In this document: piece after piece, positions 29,899 through 40,948 of the stretch | Layout: every line of letters starts with the position of its first letter | Position numbering within the stretch: the first letter of the stretch is position 1 | Assembly: GCA_018400295.1 (NCBI GenBank) | Contig: JAGYMZ010000001.1 | Coordinates: 70,049 to 134,048 of the forward strand | DNA: 64,000 nucleotides | Direction: 5' to 3' | Origin: Bacteroidales bacterium | GTDB lineage: Bacteria > Bacteroidota > Bacteroidia > Bacteroidales > B18-G4 | Notes under the pieces: generated by a model | The model's input: the letters and a program-made list of their open reading frames with translations, nothing else | What the model was told of the DNA's origin: nothing | Database searches by the model: none | Position numbers and translations under genes: made by a program

Positions 29899-31032
29899 TC
29901 ATGAACGTATATCGAGGATATATGAAATTCCTCTTTTTTTGAGTCCGTTCAAAATAAAATCAACGCATCCATCGCTTTGCGGGATCATTTCAGGAACATT
30001 GATCCCGGGATTGGAATACTTACCTGCCAGCAGCATTCGCAAAGCCATCGTGGCGGCATAACCGGTAGTCCTTGCCATGGAATGGATACCGGAAACGGGA
30101 TCGTATTCGTCGTAGAGATTGTATTCCCATGTCTCCGGTGTGCCTTTCCTGATCCCCGAGATGATGATCTTCATTACGGTAAGATCTTGTTCCCCCCGGG
30201 CCAATTTCCATTGCCTGAACAATAACTGCGAGGTAAAGTCCAGGGGTTTTATGTCATTGAGCCCGATGCGGACCGGTTCTGTGTCGAAAAAACCACTTTT
30301 CTTCAAAACTTTTATTTTTTCTATATGTCCCGGATAGCGCAGGGTCTTTTCGATCATATCGGGTACCTTCAGGGTTTTGATCAGACTTCTGAGGCCATCG
30401 CTGTTAAAAGCCTCCAGGGTTCCGGGCTTTTCGAAGTAGATGAGTGCGGGATCGGACAGGGCCGGCTTAACCACCAGCTTTCCGTTGCGAACAAAGCGTG
30501 CCGGCCGGGTGTATTCTTCAATGACATCCGATGGGGAAAAAACGGCCTTATATTCCCATGGGTAATGCCGGACTTTGGGCAGACCTCCGACGTAGATCTC
30601 GATGCTGTCGGTCCTGTCGAAATGCTTATACCCATTTCCCACAAGCAGATTGCTCATTCCGGGTGCCACGCCCATATCGCAAATGACCGTTATGTTCTTT
30701 GTTTTGGCCAGGTCATCCAGCAGGAACATGTCTTCAGGGAAAAAGGATATATCTACCACCGGTTTACCTGTTCCGATAATGGCCTGAAGTGTTTTAAACC
30801 CCATATTCCCGGGAACGGCGCTTATCACTGCATCGCAGGGATCAAGGATCTTTTTTAGATTTCCGGTATCATTCAGGTCGGCACGAATGGTTGATATGTC
30901 CTTTTTATCAAACGTTTGCAATCGTACAGGGTCTTGATCCAACACGGTAACCGAAATGTCTTTATCGTCCGCCAGATCCAGGGCCATGGGGCGGCCAACC
31001 AGTCCGGCCCCGAGTATCATGATCTTTTTCAT
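29899..31032 (-). CDS. Saccharopine dehydrogenase-family NAD(P)-binding oxidoreductase
   Basis: Rossmann N-terminus MKKIMILGAGLVGRPMALDL, 377 aa, layout typical of the saccharopine/homospermidine dehydrogenase-like family. Confidence 0.6.
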   Translation of the reverse strand: MKKIMILGAGLVGRPMALDLADDKDISVTVLDQDPVRLQTFDKKDISTIRADLNDTGNLKKILDPCDAVISAVPGNMGFKTLQAIIGTGKPVVDISFFPEDMFLLDDLAKTKNITVICDMGVAPGMSNLLVGNGYKHFDRTDSIEIYVGGLPKVRHYPWEYKAVFSPSDVIEEYTRPARFVRNGKLVVKPALSDPALIYFEKPGTLEAFNSDGLRSLIKTLKVPDMIEKTLRYPGHIEKIKVLKKSGFFDTEPVRIGLNDIKPLDFTSQLLFRQWKLARGEQDLTVMKIIISGIRKGTPETWEYNLYDEYDPVSGIHSMARTTGYAATMALRMLLAGKYSNPGINVPEMIPQSDGCVDFILNGLKKRGISYILDIRS

Positions 31033-31033
31033 G

Positions 31034-31948
31034 CTATTTGATGAGTTTTTTATTCCTGACTTTCTTTTGTGCGAGGTAAACTCCCAGGATCACGATACCC
31101 ATACCAATGGTCTTATTTTGCGTGAATTGCTCGGATAATACAATAAATGAAAATATGGCCGTGATGACCGGGATAAGATTGGTATAAACATTTGCTTTAT
31201 TGACCCCGATGTGCTTAATGACAAAAGTAAAGCAAATGAATGCCATGGAAGAGGCGAAAATAGCCAGCAGCAGGAGGGAAGTGATCAATTCACCGGTCAC
31301 CTGTACCTGTATTGCATCGGTCAGATCAAAATACAGGAAAAAGGGCAGGAAGTAAAATACCCCTATGATGTTTTGGTAAGTGATGATGGTGAGCGGTGTG
31401 TAAAACCGGGTGAGTTTTTTCAGATATATTGAATAGGCAATGGCCGAAAGAACCGCCAGGGTGAGAAGACCAAGTCCTGCCAAGGGTATGTTCAATTGCA
31501 AAGACCTGTTAAAAAGCATAACAATAATGCCGCAAAAAGAAATGATGATCCCGGTATAATTGTAAATGGTTAGCCGCTCTTTCAGGAAGTAAAAGGTGAA
31601 AACCGGCGTAAAAACAGGAATGGTCGCAATGATCACTGCACTGACGGTTGGGGTGGTTAATTTGAGGCCATAGTTTTCGCCGATAAAATAAAAAAAGGGA
31701 TTGAAAAGGGCCGAGGCCAAAAACAAGCCAATATGCTTCTTTTGTAATTTTTCCAGGATGCCGGAGAGATGCAGGGTCAAATACAGGATCAGGGAGGAAA
31801 GAGCAAGACGGAAAAAAATGGTGGTTAAGGGGGTGTAGTATTGAAAGACCTGGGTTGACCAAACAAAGGAAAGTCCCCAGAAAAGCATGGAGAGCACTGC
31901 AGCTGCATGCACGTAAAACCGGATATTACCTTTACCGTTCAATATCAT
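31034..31948 (-). CDS. EamA/DMT superfamily transporter
   Basis: Ten hydrophobic helices in two EamA-like halves. Start set at ATG 31948, which forms an ATGA overlap with the upstream gene stop. The track start at 32053 would overlap that gene by 109 nt. Confidence 0.75.
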   Translation of the reverse strand: MILNGKGNIRFYVHAAAVLSMLFWGLSFVWSTQVFQYYTPLTTIFFRLALSSLILYLTLHLSGILEKLQKKHIGLFLASALFNPFFYFIGENYGLKLTTPTVSAVIIATIPVFTPVFTFYFLKERLTIYNYTGIIISFCGIIVMLFNRSLQLNIPLAGLGLLTLAVLSAIAYSIYLKKLTRFYTPLTIITYQNIIGVFYFLPFFLYFDLTDAIQVQVTGELITSLLLLAIFASSMAFICFTFVIKHIGVNKANVYTNLIPVITAIFSFIVLSEQFTQNKTIGMGIVILGVYLAQKKVRNKKLIK

Positions 31949-32694
31949 GAGCGATCGGATTCGTTCAATAAACGGGTGTGGTGTTTCAACGTTCTCAATG
32001 TCAGGGTCAAGATCAGGGAAATTACAAGGGCGTATAAGGATATCCTGTTCCACTCAAAAGGCCATCCGTGCATGGCATATTGCCGGAGAAAGTCAATAAA
32101 CGTAAAACTGAGGACGGTGGCTAAAAAGCCAGAATATTCCCTTCTCAGGACGCTTTTAATTGAAAACGGCATCCTGTTGGGTTCATAATGCTTAAAGGAT
32201 GGGAAAAAAGCCGGTGTTCGACCGGACCATTGCAAATAATCATCCCCGAATTTTCTTTCCAGAAAACGTTCCTCTGCAAACATGATCCGTTCATAATAAA
32301 GCCAGAATACGAAGGAAACAATAATGATGAAGTATATGTTAAACGTGAAGATGGCAATTCCGATCCACATCAGGAAATTGCCCAGATATAAGGGGTGCCG
32401 TACCATGGAGTATATGCCGGAATGGTTCAGTGATTCGGCTACCTGCCCGCTTTTGGTGTTCCTTCCCGAAGTCCCTTTTGGCGTAGTGGCAATAGAAACG
32501 GCCCTGATCAAAAAACCTGAAAGACTGGTGATGATGGCAATTATGGTCAGTATATCCCGGAGTGTCTGGTGTATATCCTGATAATTCGTGGTCAGGATCA
32601 CCGGTATTGCCGCCGCAAATAATATTAGGGGGAAATAGCTCCGGTTCCTGAACAATGTATTCCCACTCTTTTCAAATGAATGTATTAAAGCCAT
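31945..32694 (-). CDS. Isoprenylcysteine carboxyl methyltransferase (ICMT/PEMT)-family membrane methyltransferase
   Basis: Multi-TM protein with the family motif GIYSMVRHPLYLGNFLMWIG and a downstream EERFLERKFG. Confidence 0.7.
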   Translation of the reverse strand: MALIHSFEKSGNTLFRNRSYFPLILFAAAIPVILTTNYQDIHQTLRDILTIIAIITSLSGFLIRAVSIATTPKGTSGRNTKSGQVAESLNHSGIYSMVRHPLYLGNFLMWIGIAIFTFNIYFIIIVSFVFWLYYERIMFAEERFLERKFGDDYLQWSGRTPAFFPSFKHYEPNRMPFSIKSVLRREYSGFLATVLSFTFIDFLRQYAMHGWPFEWNRISLYALVISLILTLTLRTLKHHTRLLNESDRS

Positions 32695-32815
32695 CCCGGT
32701 TATGTTATCCGGCCATAAAAGTATGAATTTTTACCCAGAGGGAGGATTTGTTCAGGCATTGTTTTACTTGATTTGGAGAAATTCCTGTAGTATTTTCATA
32801 AGCCGTAAAAAAAGT

Positions 32816-32842
32816 GTAACAAAAAGAAATCTTGTAAGTCTT
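32816..32842 (+). promoter_or_regulatory. Candidate ECF-type autoregulated promoter GTAAC-N17-GTCT
   Basis: GTAAC at 32816-32820 and GTCT at 32838-32841, about 20 nt upstream of the sigma factor start. Resembles the generic ECF AAC / CGT(C) architecture. Confidence 0.35.
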
Positions 32843-32862
32843 TACAAAAAAGCAGTGAAGTT

Positions 32863-33426
32863 TTGAAGATCAAGACCAAAAGTACCATAGGGGAATTGAT
32901 TGGCTCCTGCCGGGAAAAGGACCGGAAGGCGCAATACCAGGTATACAGAATGTATTATAAAGCCATGTATAACACCGCATTCAGAATTATAAACAATACG
33001 GCAGAAGCCGAAGACATTATGCAGGAATCCTTTTTGGATGCCTTCATGAAAATCGATCAATATGAAGGATCTGCTTCATTTGGTGCATGGCTTAAGCGCA
33101 TTGTGATCCATAATGCCATCGATCATTCCCGGAAAAACCAGAAGGATTTATCCGCCGAAGAAATTCAGGATATCCCCGCTGAGGAACCCACCGGTGAAAA
33201 CCCTATTGAGATCCTGTCATACAAGGTTGATATGATCCGGAAAGCCATAGAAGGACTTTCCGGCCGTTACCGGATCATTTTGTCGCTTTATCTTCTTGAG
33301 GGCTATGATCATCAGGAAATATCGCAGATAATGAATCGTTCCTACGGCGCAACCAGAACCTTATATTCACGGGCCAAACAACGTTTGTTGGAATTGCTGA
33401 AAGAGCGGTCGCCCGGTGTGGAATAA
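32863..33426 (+). CDS. ECF (sigma-70 family) RNA polymerase sigma factor
   Basis: Region 2 AEDIMQESFLDAF and FGAWLKRIVIHNAIDHSR. Region 4 YRIILSLYLLEGYDHQEISQIMNRSYGATRTLYSRAKQRL. TTG start as in the track; the exact start is uncertain. Confidence 0.85.
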   Translation: MKIKTKSTIGELIGSCREKDRKAQYQVYRMYYKAMYNTAFRIINNTAEAEDIMQESFLDAFMKIDQYEGSASFGAWLKRIVIHNAIDHSRKNQKDLSAEEIQDIPAEEPTGENPIEILSYKVDMIRKAIEGLSGRYRIILSLYLLEGYDHQEISQIMNRSYGATRTLYSRAKQRLLELLKERSPGVE

Positions 33427-33438
33427 AAACAATTGCAA

Positions 33439-33960
33439 ATGAGCATGCTTGAAGACAAAATACGAAAAAATTCCGGATCGTTTGATGTAAGGGAACCGGC
33501 TGAAGGCCATTTTGAGCGGTTCAACCAAAGGTTGAATGATCTGCATGGCAAGGAAAATAAGGCGCCGTTAATGGGCGCCCGGATCACAAAAATTGCCGCG
33601 ACCGCCCTGGTTTTGGCCGCCCTTTCCGGTCTTTTGATCTTCCTGCTTCAGGGTGAAAGGAACCAGGCGCTTGCGGCGGGCTTGCCTGATGAATTGAAGG
33701 AGGCCAAGCGGTATTATGAATTACAGGCGAAGGAAACGATGGAACAACTCAGTGCGTGTTCCATTTCAGCGGATCAGGAGGACCAGTTGTTGGATTATGC
33801 AAGGGATGAACTTGGCAAGATTGACCGGCAGGCCAGGGAACTGGAAGATGAATACAAGCTTAATCCGGGCAACGAACGGGTTGAAAAAGCATTGATCGAT
33901 AATTTCCAGTCGAAAAATATCATTCTCAAAAAAATGGTGGAACGGATTTGTAAGCTATAA
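33439..33960 (+). CDS. Putative anti-sigma factor (single-pass membrane protein)
   Basis: Sits immediately downstream of the ECF sigma gene. Short cytoplasmic N-terminus, one TM (ITKIAATALVLAALSGLLIFLL), helical extracytoplasmic tail. Start at ATG 33439. Confidence 0.5.
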   Translation: MSMLEDKIRKNSGSFDVREPAEGHFERFNQRLNDLHGKENKAPLMGARITKIAATALVLAALSGLLIFLLQGERNQALAAGLPDELKEAKRYYELQAKETMEQLSACSISADQEDQLLDYARDELGKIDRQARELEDEYKLNPGNERVEKALIDNFQSKNIILKKMVERICKL

Positions 33961-33977
33961 CCCTCAAAAATGACCTT

Positions 33978-35027
33978 ATGAACAGAATCGTTGCTTATAC
34001 ATTGCTTGCCCTTTTAACAGTTTCCTGTTCCTGCACGGCAGAAGAACATGAAAGGAGGGAAGCATATGAAAGGAAGGAACAGAAAAGCTTCCGTGTTAAT
34101 CCTGATGCGATGGTATACATCGACAACAAATTTGGCGATGTATTTTGCAGTATCCGGGAACAAAATGAAGTGTCCGTGGAGGTGACGGTCACCGTAGAAG
34201 CAGGTAACGAAAAAACAGCGAATAAGGTTTTTGATAAGATTTCCGTGTTTCTGGAAGGGGATCCTCAAAAAGTATCCGGCATTACAGAGATCGATAATCC
34301 TGATCTGAACGACCTGTCGTTCTCTGTAGATTATGAGATCCTGATGCCGAAAACACTGATGGTGGATATTTCGGTCACATTCGGGAGTCTGGCCCTTCCG
34401 GAGTTGGAGGGACCTGCGAAAATTTCGCTTAGCCATGGTGAAATGAATGCCGGGGATCTCCGGAATGATCACAATGATATTTTTTTGAGCTATGCAGTTG
34501 CTGAATTCGGATCGCTCCGGAATGCGGTCATGGATGTTGAGTATTCGGATGTGGTGATCGGGCGAATATCTGAACTGGAAATGGGGTCACAGTATAGCGA
34601 TATAGAGATTTCAACCATCGAAACGTTTAACCTGGAATCTCAATACGACGATGTCCGGATCGGATCCATCAAGGATCTGGATGTTGTTTCCAAATTCAGT
34701 GATCTTAAGATTGCAGATCTTTATTCGGGACTGACTTCTCAGATGACGTACGGGGCAATTTCGGCTGGTCATGTAGCCCGGGAATTCACCGGGTTGGCGA
34801 TCCAGGGCAGTTATGTGGATGTTGAATTGAAGATTGACAGATCAGCGGTTTACCGGTTGATGATACGGGAAAGTTTCAGCGATGTTAAATTGTCGTCTGC
34901 TGCTTCCGGCGTGAACATACAGGAAAAAACCAGGCATTCCTCCTGGTATGAGGGCATGGTTGGTTCCGGGGATAACGCTCCTTGGGTTAACATAACCGTA
35001 AACAATTCAAACATAATCATTAAATAA
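33978..35027 (+). CDS. Repeat-containing beta-helix lipoprotein (DUF4097 / putative adhesin-like)
   Basis: Lipobox LTVSCSC. Internal roughly 20-aa periodic repeats (YSDVVIGRISELEMGSQYSDIEISTIETFNLESQYDDVRIGSIKDLDVVSKFSDLKIADL). Confidence 0.55.
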   Translation: MNRIVAYTLLALLTVSCSCTAEEHERREAYERKEQKSFRVNPDAMVYIDNKFGDVFCSIREQNEVSVEVTVTVEAGNEKTANKVFDKISVFLEGDPQKVSGITEIDNPDLNDLSFSVDYEILMPKTLMVDISVTFGSLALPELEGPAKISLSHGEMNAGDLRNDHNDIFLSYAVAEFGSLRNAVMDVEYSDVVIGRISELEMGSQYSDIEISTIETFNLESQYDDVRIGSIKDLDVVSKFSDLKIADLYSGLTSQMTYGAISAGHVAREFTGLAIQGSYVDVELKIDRSAVYRLMIRESFSDVKLSSAASGVNIQEKTRHSSWYEGMVGSGDNAPWVNITVNNSNIIIK

Positions 35028-35029
35028 CA

Positions 35030-35779
35030 ATGTATTACTTAAAAAATGTAACGATGAAAAAACACATTGAACGAACAACGGCATTATTTACCATGATCAT
35101 GATGATTTCTTTTATCCTGTCCGGATGCGTTATTGCTGATAACATCCCGGGTGATGGAAATGTAGTCAGTGAAGACAGGAACGTGTCTGGATTTGATGAG
35201 ATTGAAGTGGGTGGCGCGTATCATGTTTATCTTACCCTGGGCAACAAAGAAACCCTGAAAATCGAGGCGGAAGAAAATCTTATGGAATATATTATTACCG
35301 AGGTCCGGGGCGGAACACTGAAGATTTACAATAAAAAAGGACTTGAGCCTACGAAGGACATGGATGTCTTTATCAGTCTGACAGACCTGAAAGCCCTTGA
35401 CATTAGCGGCGCCTGTGATGTAGTGAGCCAGAACACCCTTGAACTTGACAACCTGGATATCAATGCCAGCGGTGCTTCGGATATTGAGCTTGTGTTAAGG
35501 GTGCCTGCATTAACATTGGATCTCAGTGGTGCTTCCGATATTGACCTGAATGGTGAGGTGCAGGATTTTGATGTCGCGGTATCCGGTGCTGCAGAATTGG
35601 AAGCGTATGATCTGCTCGTGCAGAACTGCCGGCTGGATGTCAGCGGTGCCGGCAGCGCTAAAGTGCATGTAAAAACAAAGTTGGATGTAACTGTTTCCGG
35701 AGCGGGTTCTGCGCGTTATAAGGGTGATCCCGATATCCATATGTCGGTTTCCGGTGCCGGCAGCCTGTCAAAGTATTGA
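35030..35779 (+). CDS. DUF2807 / head GIN domain protein (beta-helix, lipoprotein)
   Basis: Lipobox ILSGC. Seven SGA(x)D/SGAGS repeats (ISGACDV, ASGASDI, LSGASDI, VSGAAEL, VSGAGSA, VSGAGSA, VSGAGSL). An alternative start is MKKH at 35051. Confidence 0.65.
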   Translation: MYYLKNVTMKKHIERTTALFTMIMMISFILSGCVIADNIPGDGNVVSEDRNVSGFDEIEVGGAYHVYLTLGNKETLKIEAEENLMEYIITEVRGGTLKIYNKKGLEPTKDMDVFISLTDLKALDISGACDVVSQNTLELDNLDINASGASDIELVLRVPALTLDLSGASDIDLNGEVQDFDVAVSGAAELEAYDLLVQNCRLDVSGAGSAKVHVKTKLDVTVSGAGSARYKGDPDIHMSVSGAGSLSKY

Positions 35780-36238
35780 TAAAAAGGATCACTGCGACGG
35801 GATTTTCTCAATCAACATATGCGCCGGTTTTTTAAGTGTTTCTTTGCAGGTTGTTACGGGATTTACTTACCCCAATATAGCGTTTTCCTCTCATTGACAA
35901 GCCTTTCTTTTTGTCATATTTTTGGTTCGCGCCTGGGTAATTGTTTTCCGAAAAGACCTGTACAATGCTCTTTGACAACAGAAATGTAAATGTTTTGGTT
36001 AATACGCAGGGTCTGGTTTATGATGTTGCTTGCTTAACATGCTGTTACGCTTTTTTCCATAATTTTTGGGTTAGATGTTATCGTTCTTTATAGTCAAAAG
36101 TACATACAGATTTTGTGATATCATAAACATAGCCATCCTGTCTTTACCTCTCCTTTTAAATCCTCATGGAATGTTGTTTGCCTGGAAAAACGGTTGCCTG
36201 GCGCTTTTTTTGCTGAATACTGGAAACATAGATACAAG

Positions 36239-36270
36239 GAGGCTGGTGTTGGAACACACAGCCTCTTTTT

Positions 36271-36272
<2 letters not shown>
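36239..36272 (+). terminator. Plus-strand-oriented rho-independent terminator abutting the ligA stop
   Basis: GAGGCTG(G)TGT..ACACAGCCTC stem followed by T7 (36266-36272). No T tract in the minus orientation. Confidence 0.6.
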
Positions 36273-38328
<2,056 letters not shown>

Positions 38329-38347
38329 TTATGTAAATATAGGGGTT

Positions 38348-39898
38348 TTACGGTGATTTTCCGGTGGCGTTTGACGGGCTGGGGGGCAATACATCATTAT
38401 TGCGGTAAATAACGATTGTCTGATTGGCGTTTACCGGGTTGAGCCAATGCATGACCTTGTCAATGAAACCCGGTTCAATAGTGGTTTCATAGGATATTCC
38501 CGGGTACACAGACCTGACTTGTGCTACCCGCTGTTTCATGTCTTTCTCCTCGAAAAAAAGGATGAAACGGGGTATGATATCCCGGTTGGTGATAAAGGCG
38601 GAGTCGAGGTCTGATATTTTGCGGGATTTATCAATTTCAATATATCCAGGCCATCCGTCCAGGTAATATCTGGGAACCATGGGCACACCGTACCGGGTTG
38701 AGTTTTCCAGCAAAAGAAATTTTTCGCCGGAATAATCCGATAGGTAAGTCATGGACTCAACCAGTGCTTTTTTTGAGTAAGTAGTGGAAATGACCGGCAG
38801 GAGCATAAGGTTCACGGACCAGAAAAAAATCCAGCATCCATGCAACAATTTGCGGTTTCTTCGCCAGAAGCCGGATCTGTTCACATAAGAATACCAGCCC
38901 AATAAGCCTGCAATAATAAAAAAAGGAAGCACCGGCAAAATAAACCGTTCCTGTTTGTTTGGGAAATAGGAATGGAATGCCAGAAAAACAAAGGTGGGCA
39001 AAAATATGATCATGTGTTTCCTCCACACCCTGAAGAACCCGACCAAAAGGAACAAGCTGACCGGTGGAATGAGAATGCCCAGGATAAGCAGGATGTAGTT
39101 ATACCAAGGGCTTACAATATAATCGGTTTTATGGATGATGTTGTGGTTGACATATTCAGACAATTCGGCAAATGGGTAGCCCCAGATCAGAATATCAATG
39201 ATGCCCTGAGTGGCGAACACTGAAAATATGTACCCGGCTCCGAGGATCAGGGATTGTTTCCATTGTTTTCTGAGGAGAAGTGCCAGACCTGTACCACCGG
39301 CAAACAAGATGGTTTGAAAACGTATGCTGAATGCGATCCCCAAAATAATTCCGCTGATTAAATAGGGTAGGAGTGATTTTTTGTTTTCAGCGTGTACGAT
39401 TATCCAAACACCCCATAAAAGAAAAGGAATACAGACGATCTCAACCATGTTCCTGACACTCAGAAAGGGCATAAACCACAGCAAGGCCATGAGAAATGCA
39501 GCTTGCCTGGCAATTTTCATATTACCGAGCTGACGCGTGATTTTATAACCAAAGTAAATGGTCAGGAGGGAAAAAGCAGCATGCAAAAGCCGGATGAAAT
39601 ACATTTTACCTTGTGGATCATTGAATCCGAAAGATTCCAGGAGCCGGAAAAGGAGGTAATGTATTCCAGGATAAAAGAAACTGTGGCCTTTTGGTTCGTC
39701 ATTTCCGCTTGATGGCAGCCAGTTGTTATAATCTTCTCCGTCAACCCATGATTGTGATGATTCAATGACCAGAAAATGATCATCGATCATGCCGTAACCT
39801 TTCGAAAAGATAACTGCCAGCAGGCGAAACAGCATCCCAAGGGAAATGGCAAGTGTCAGAGGCTCGTTATTCCAGTACCATCGGATCGATTTTAGCAT
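38348..39898 (-). CDS. GT-C fold polytopic membrane glycosyltransferase (Alg9/PigB GT22-like or GT39-like mannosyltransferase)
   Basis: About 12 TM helices, an early acidic loop MIDDHF, a mid-protein motif PNKQERFILPVLP resembling the GT22 HKEXRF box, and a soluble C-terminal domain. Confidence 0.5.
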   Translation of the reverse strand: MLKSIRWYWNNEPLTLAISLGMLFRLLAVIFSKGYGMIDDHFLVIESSQSWVDGEDYNNWLPSSGNDEPKGHSFFYPGIHYLLFRLLESFGFNDPQGKMYFIRLLHAAFSLLTIYFGYKITRQLGNMKIARQAAFLMALLWFMPFLSVRNMVEIVCIPFLLWGVWIIVHAENKKSLLPYLISGIILGIAFSIRFQTILFAGGTGLALLLRKQWKQSLILGAGYIFSVFATQGIIDILIWGYPFAELSEYVNHNIIHKTDYIVSPWYNYILLILGILIPPVSLFLLVGFFRVWRKHMIIFLPTFVFLAFHSYFPNKQERFILPVLPFFIIAGLLGWYSYVNRSGFWRRNRKLLHGCWIFFWSVNLMLLPVISTTYSKKALVESMTYLSDYSGEKFLLLENSTRYGVPMVPRYYLDGWPGYIEIDKSRKISDLDSAFITNRDIIPRFILFFEEKDMKQRVAQVRSVYPGISYETTIEPGFIDKVMHWLNPVNANQTIVIYRNNDVLPPSPSNATGKSP

Positions 39899-39925
39899 GA
39901 TCAGGCCGTTTATTGATCGATTTGC

Positions 39926-40795
39926 CTAAAGCCCCGATCCGATCTTTTCATAGAACACCTTGCCGGTAATAATGGGGTTTATGCACATCACAGGAATTTG
40001 TGCTTCGTTGAACATTATTTTTTCGTCCCATTGCCCGGCGGGGAAATCGGGAGAAAAGATATCTGCATCGGTCATGATCATGATCAGATCTGCATGTATG
40101 CTTGCTGCAAACGAAAGAAATTGCCGGGCAAATTTTTCACGTTTTTCTGCCCGGACAATGGTGTAATCAATATTGTTTTGTTGAAAGGCTTCTTCAACCT
40201 GATTTGTAACAATGGCCAGTTTGTTGGCGATGTCGGGATCATTGGATGGCTGCCTGAAAATGTGGATCCTGGAGTTAAAACTATTGGCTATGATCCGTGC
40301 CCATTGAACTTGTTGTCTGGCTTCCGTGAAATCATTGACCGGAAAGACAATATTTCTATATCCTTCTCCAAATCCTCTCTTTTGAACAACGATCGTAGGA
40401 ACAGGCGATCTGGTGACCACTTTAAGTGCATGGCTGCCGAATACGTGCTGTAAACCTTTTTTGCCATGGGTGCCGAGCACCATAAGGTTGGCCCCCTGTT
40501 CACTGGCCGTCAAGTGAATGGCTTCAAATATGCTTCCTTCACGGATCATGTGATCGGTTTGGATGCCGTAGGTGTTTTGCATTTCCTTGCCAATGGATGC
40601 CAGCTTTTCCAAAAGGTCATGTTCGGTAGAATTTTCTTTTTTGAAGGTTGCCCTGGTTTCCCGGTTCACCACATGCAGCAGCAAAAGTTTGTAATTTAAA
40701 AATTTTGCTATTTCAGCCCCGTGGTTAACAGCATTTTGACCAATATTAGAAAAGTCCGTGGGCACCAGGACGATATTCATTAATTTTTGTTCCAT
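39926..40795 (-). CDS. Tandem-domain universal stress protein (UspA family)
   Basis: IVLVPTDFS N-terminus and the nucleotide-binding-like motif LGTHGKKGLQHVFGSHALKV in the first domain only. Paralog of the next gene. Confidence 0.8.
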   Translation of the reverse strand: MEQKLMNIVLVPTDFSNIGQNAVNHGAEIAKFLNYKLLLLHVVNRETRATFKKENSTEHDLLEKLASIGKEMQNTYGIQTDHMIREGSIFEAIHLTASEQGANLMVLGTHGKKGLQHVFGSHALKVVTRSPVPTIVVQKRGFGEGYRNIVFPVNDFTEARQQVQWARIIANSFNSRIHIFRQPSNDPDIANKLAIVTNQVEEAFQQNNIDYTIVRAEKREKFARQFLSFAASIHADLIMIMTDADIFSPDFPAGQWDEKIMFNEAQIPVMCINPIITGKVFYEKIGSGL

Positions 40796-40818
40796 ACGTA
40801 TTTTTTTTAATTCATAAG

Positions 40819-40826
40819 CAAAAATA
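40819..40826 (-). promoter_or_regulatory. -7 promoter box TATTTTTG upstream of the USP gene
   Basis: Plus-strand caaaaata, 24 nt upstream of ATG 40795. Confidence 0.4.
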
Positions 40827-40891
40827 GGAAATTGTCAGGAAAAACGTGTCAAAAAATCACATGGGGCTCCCGCTTTATGTGCAGAATTGAA

Positions 40892-40928
40892 AAAATCCCG
40901 GTTATCAGAGATGATTGACCGGGATTTT
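40892..40928. terminator. Bidirectional rho-independent terminator
   Basis: 11-bp stem AAAATCCCGGT / ACCGGGATTTT with flanking A and T tracts, just downstream of the USP gene that ends at 40949. Confidence 0.75.
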
Positions 40929-40948
40929 CGTGTGGATCTTTATCATGG

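Noticed and set aside
31949-32053. 5' extension of the EamA transporter ORF (track start 32053)
   Set aside because: It would overlap the upstream methyltransferase gene by 109 nt, and the extension is hydrophilic and non-conserved in appearance. The ATG at 31948 gives a classic ATGA coupling.
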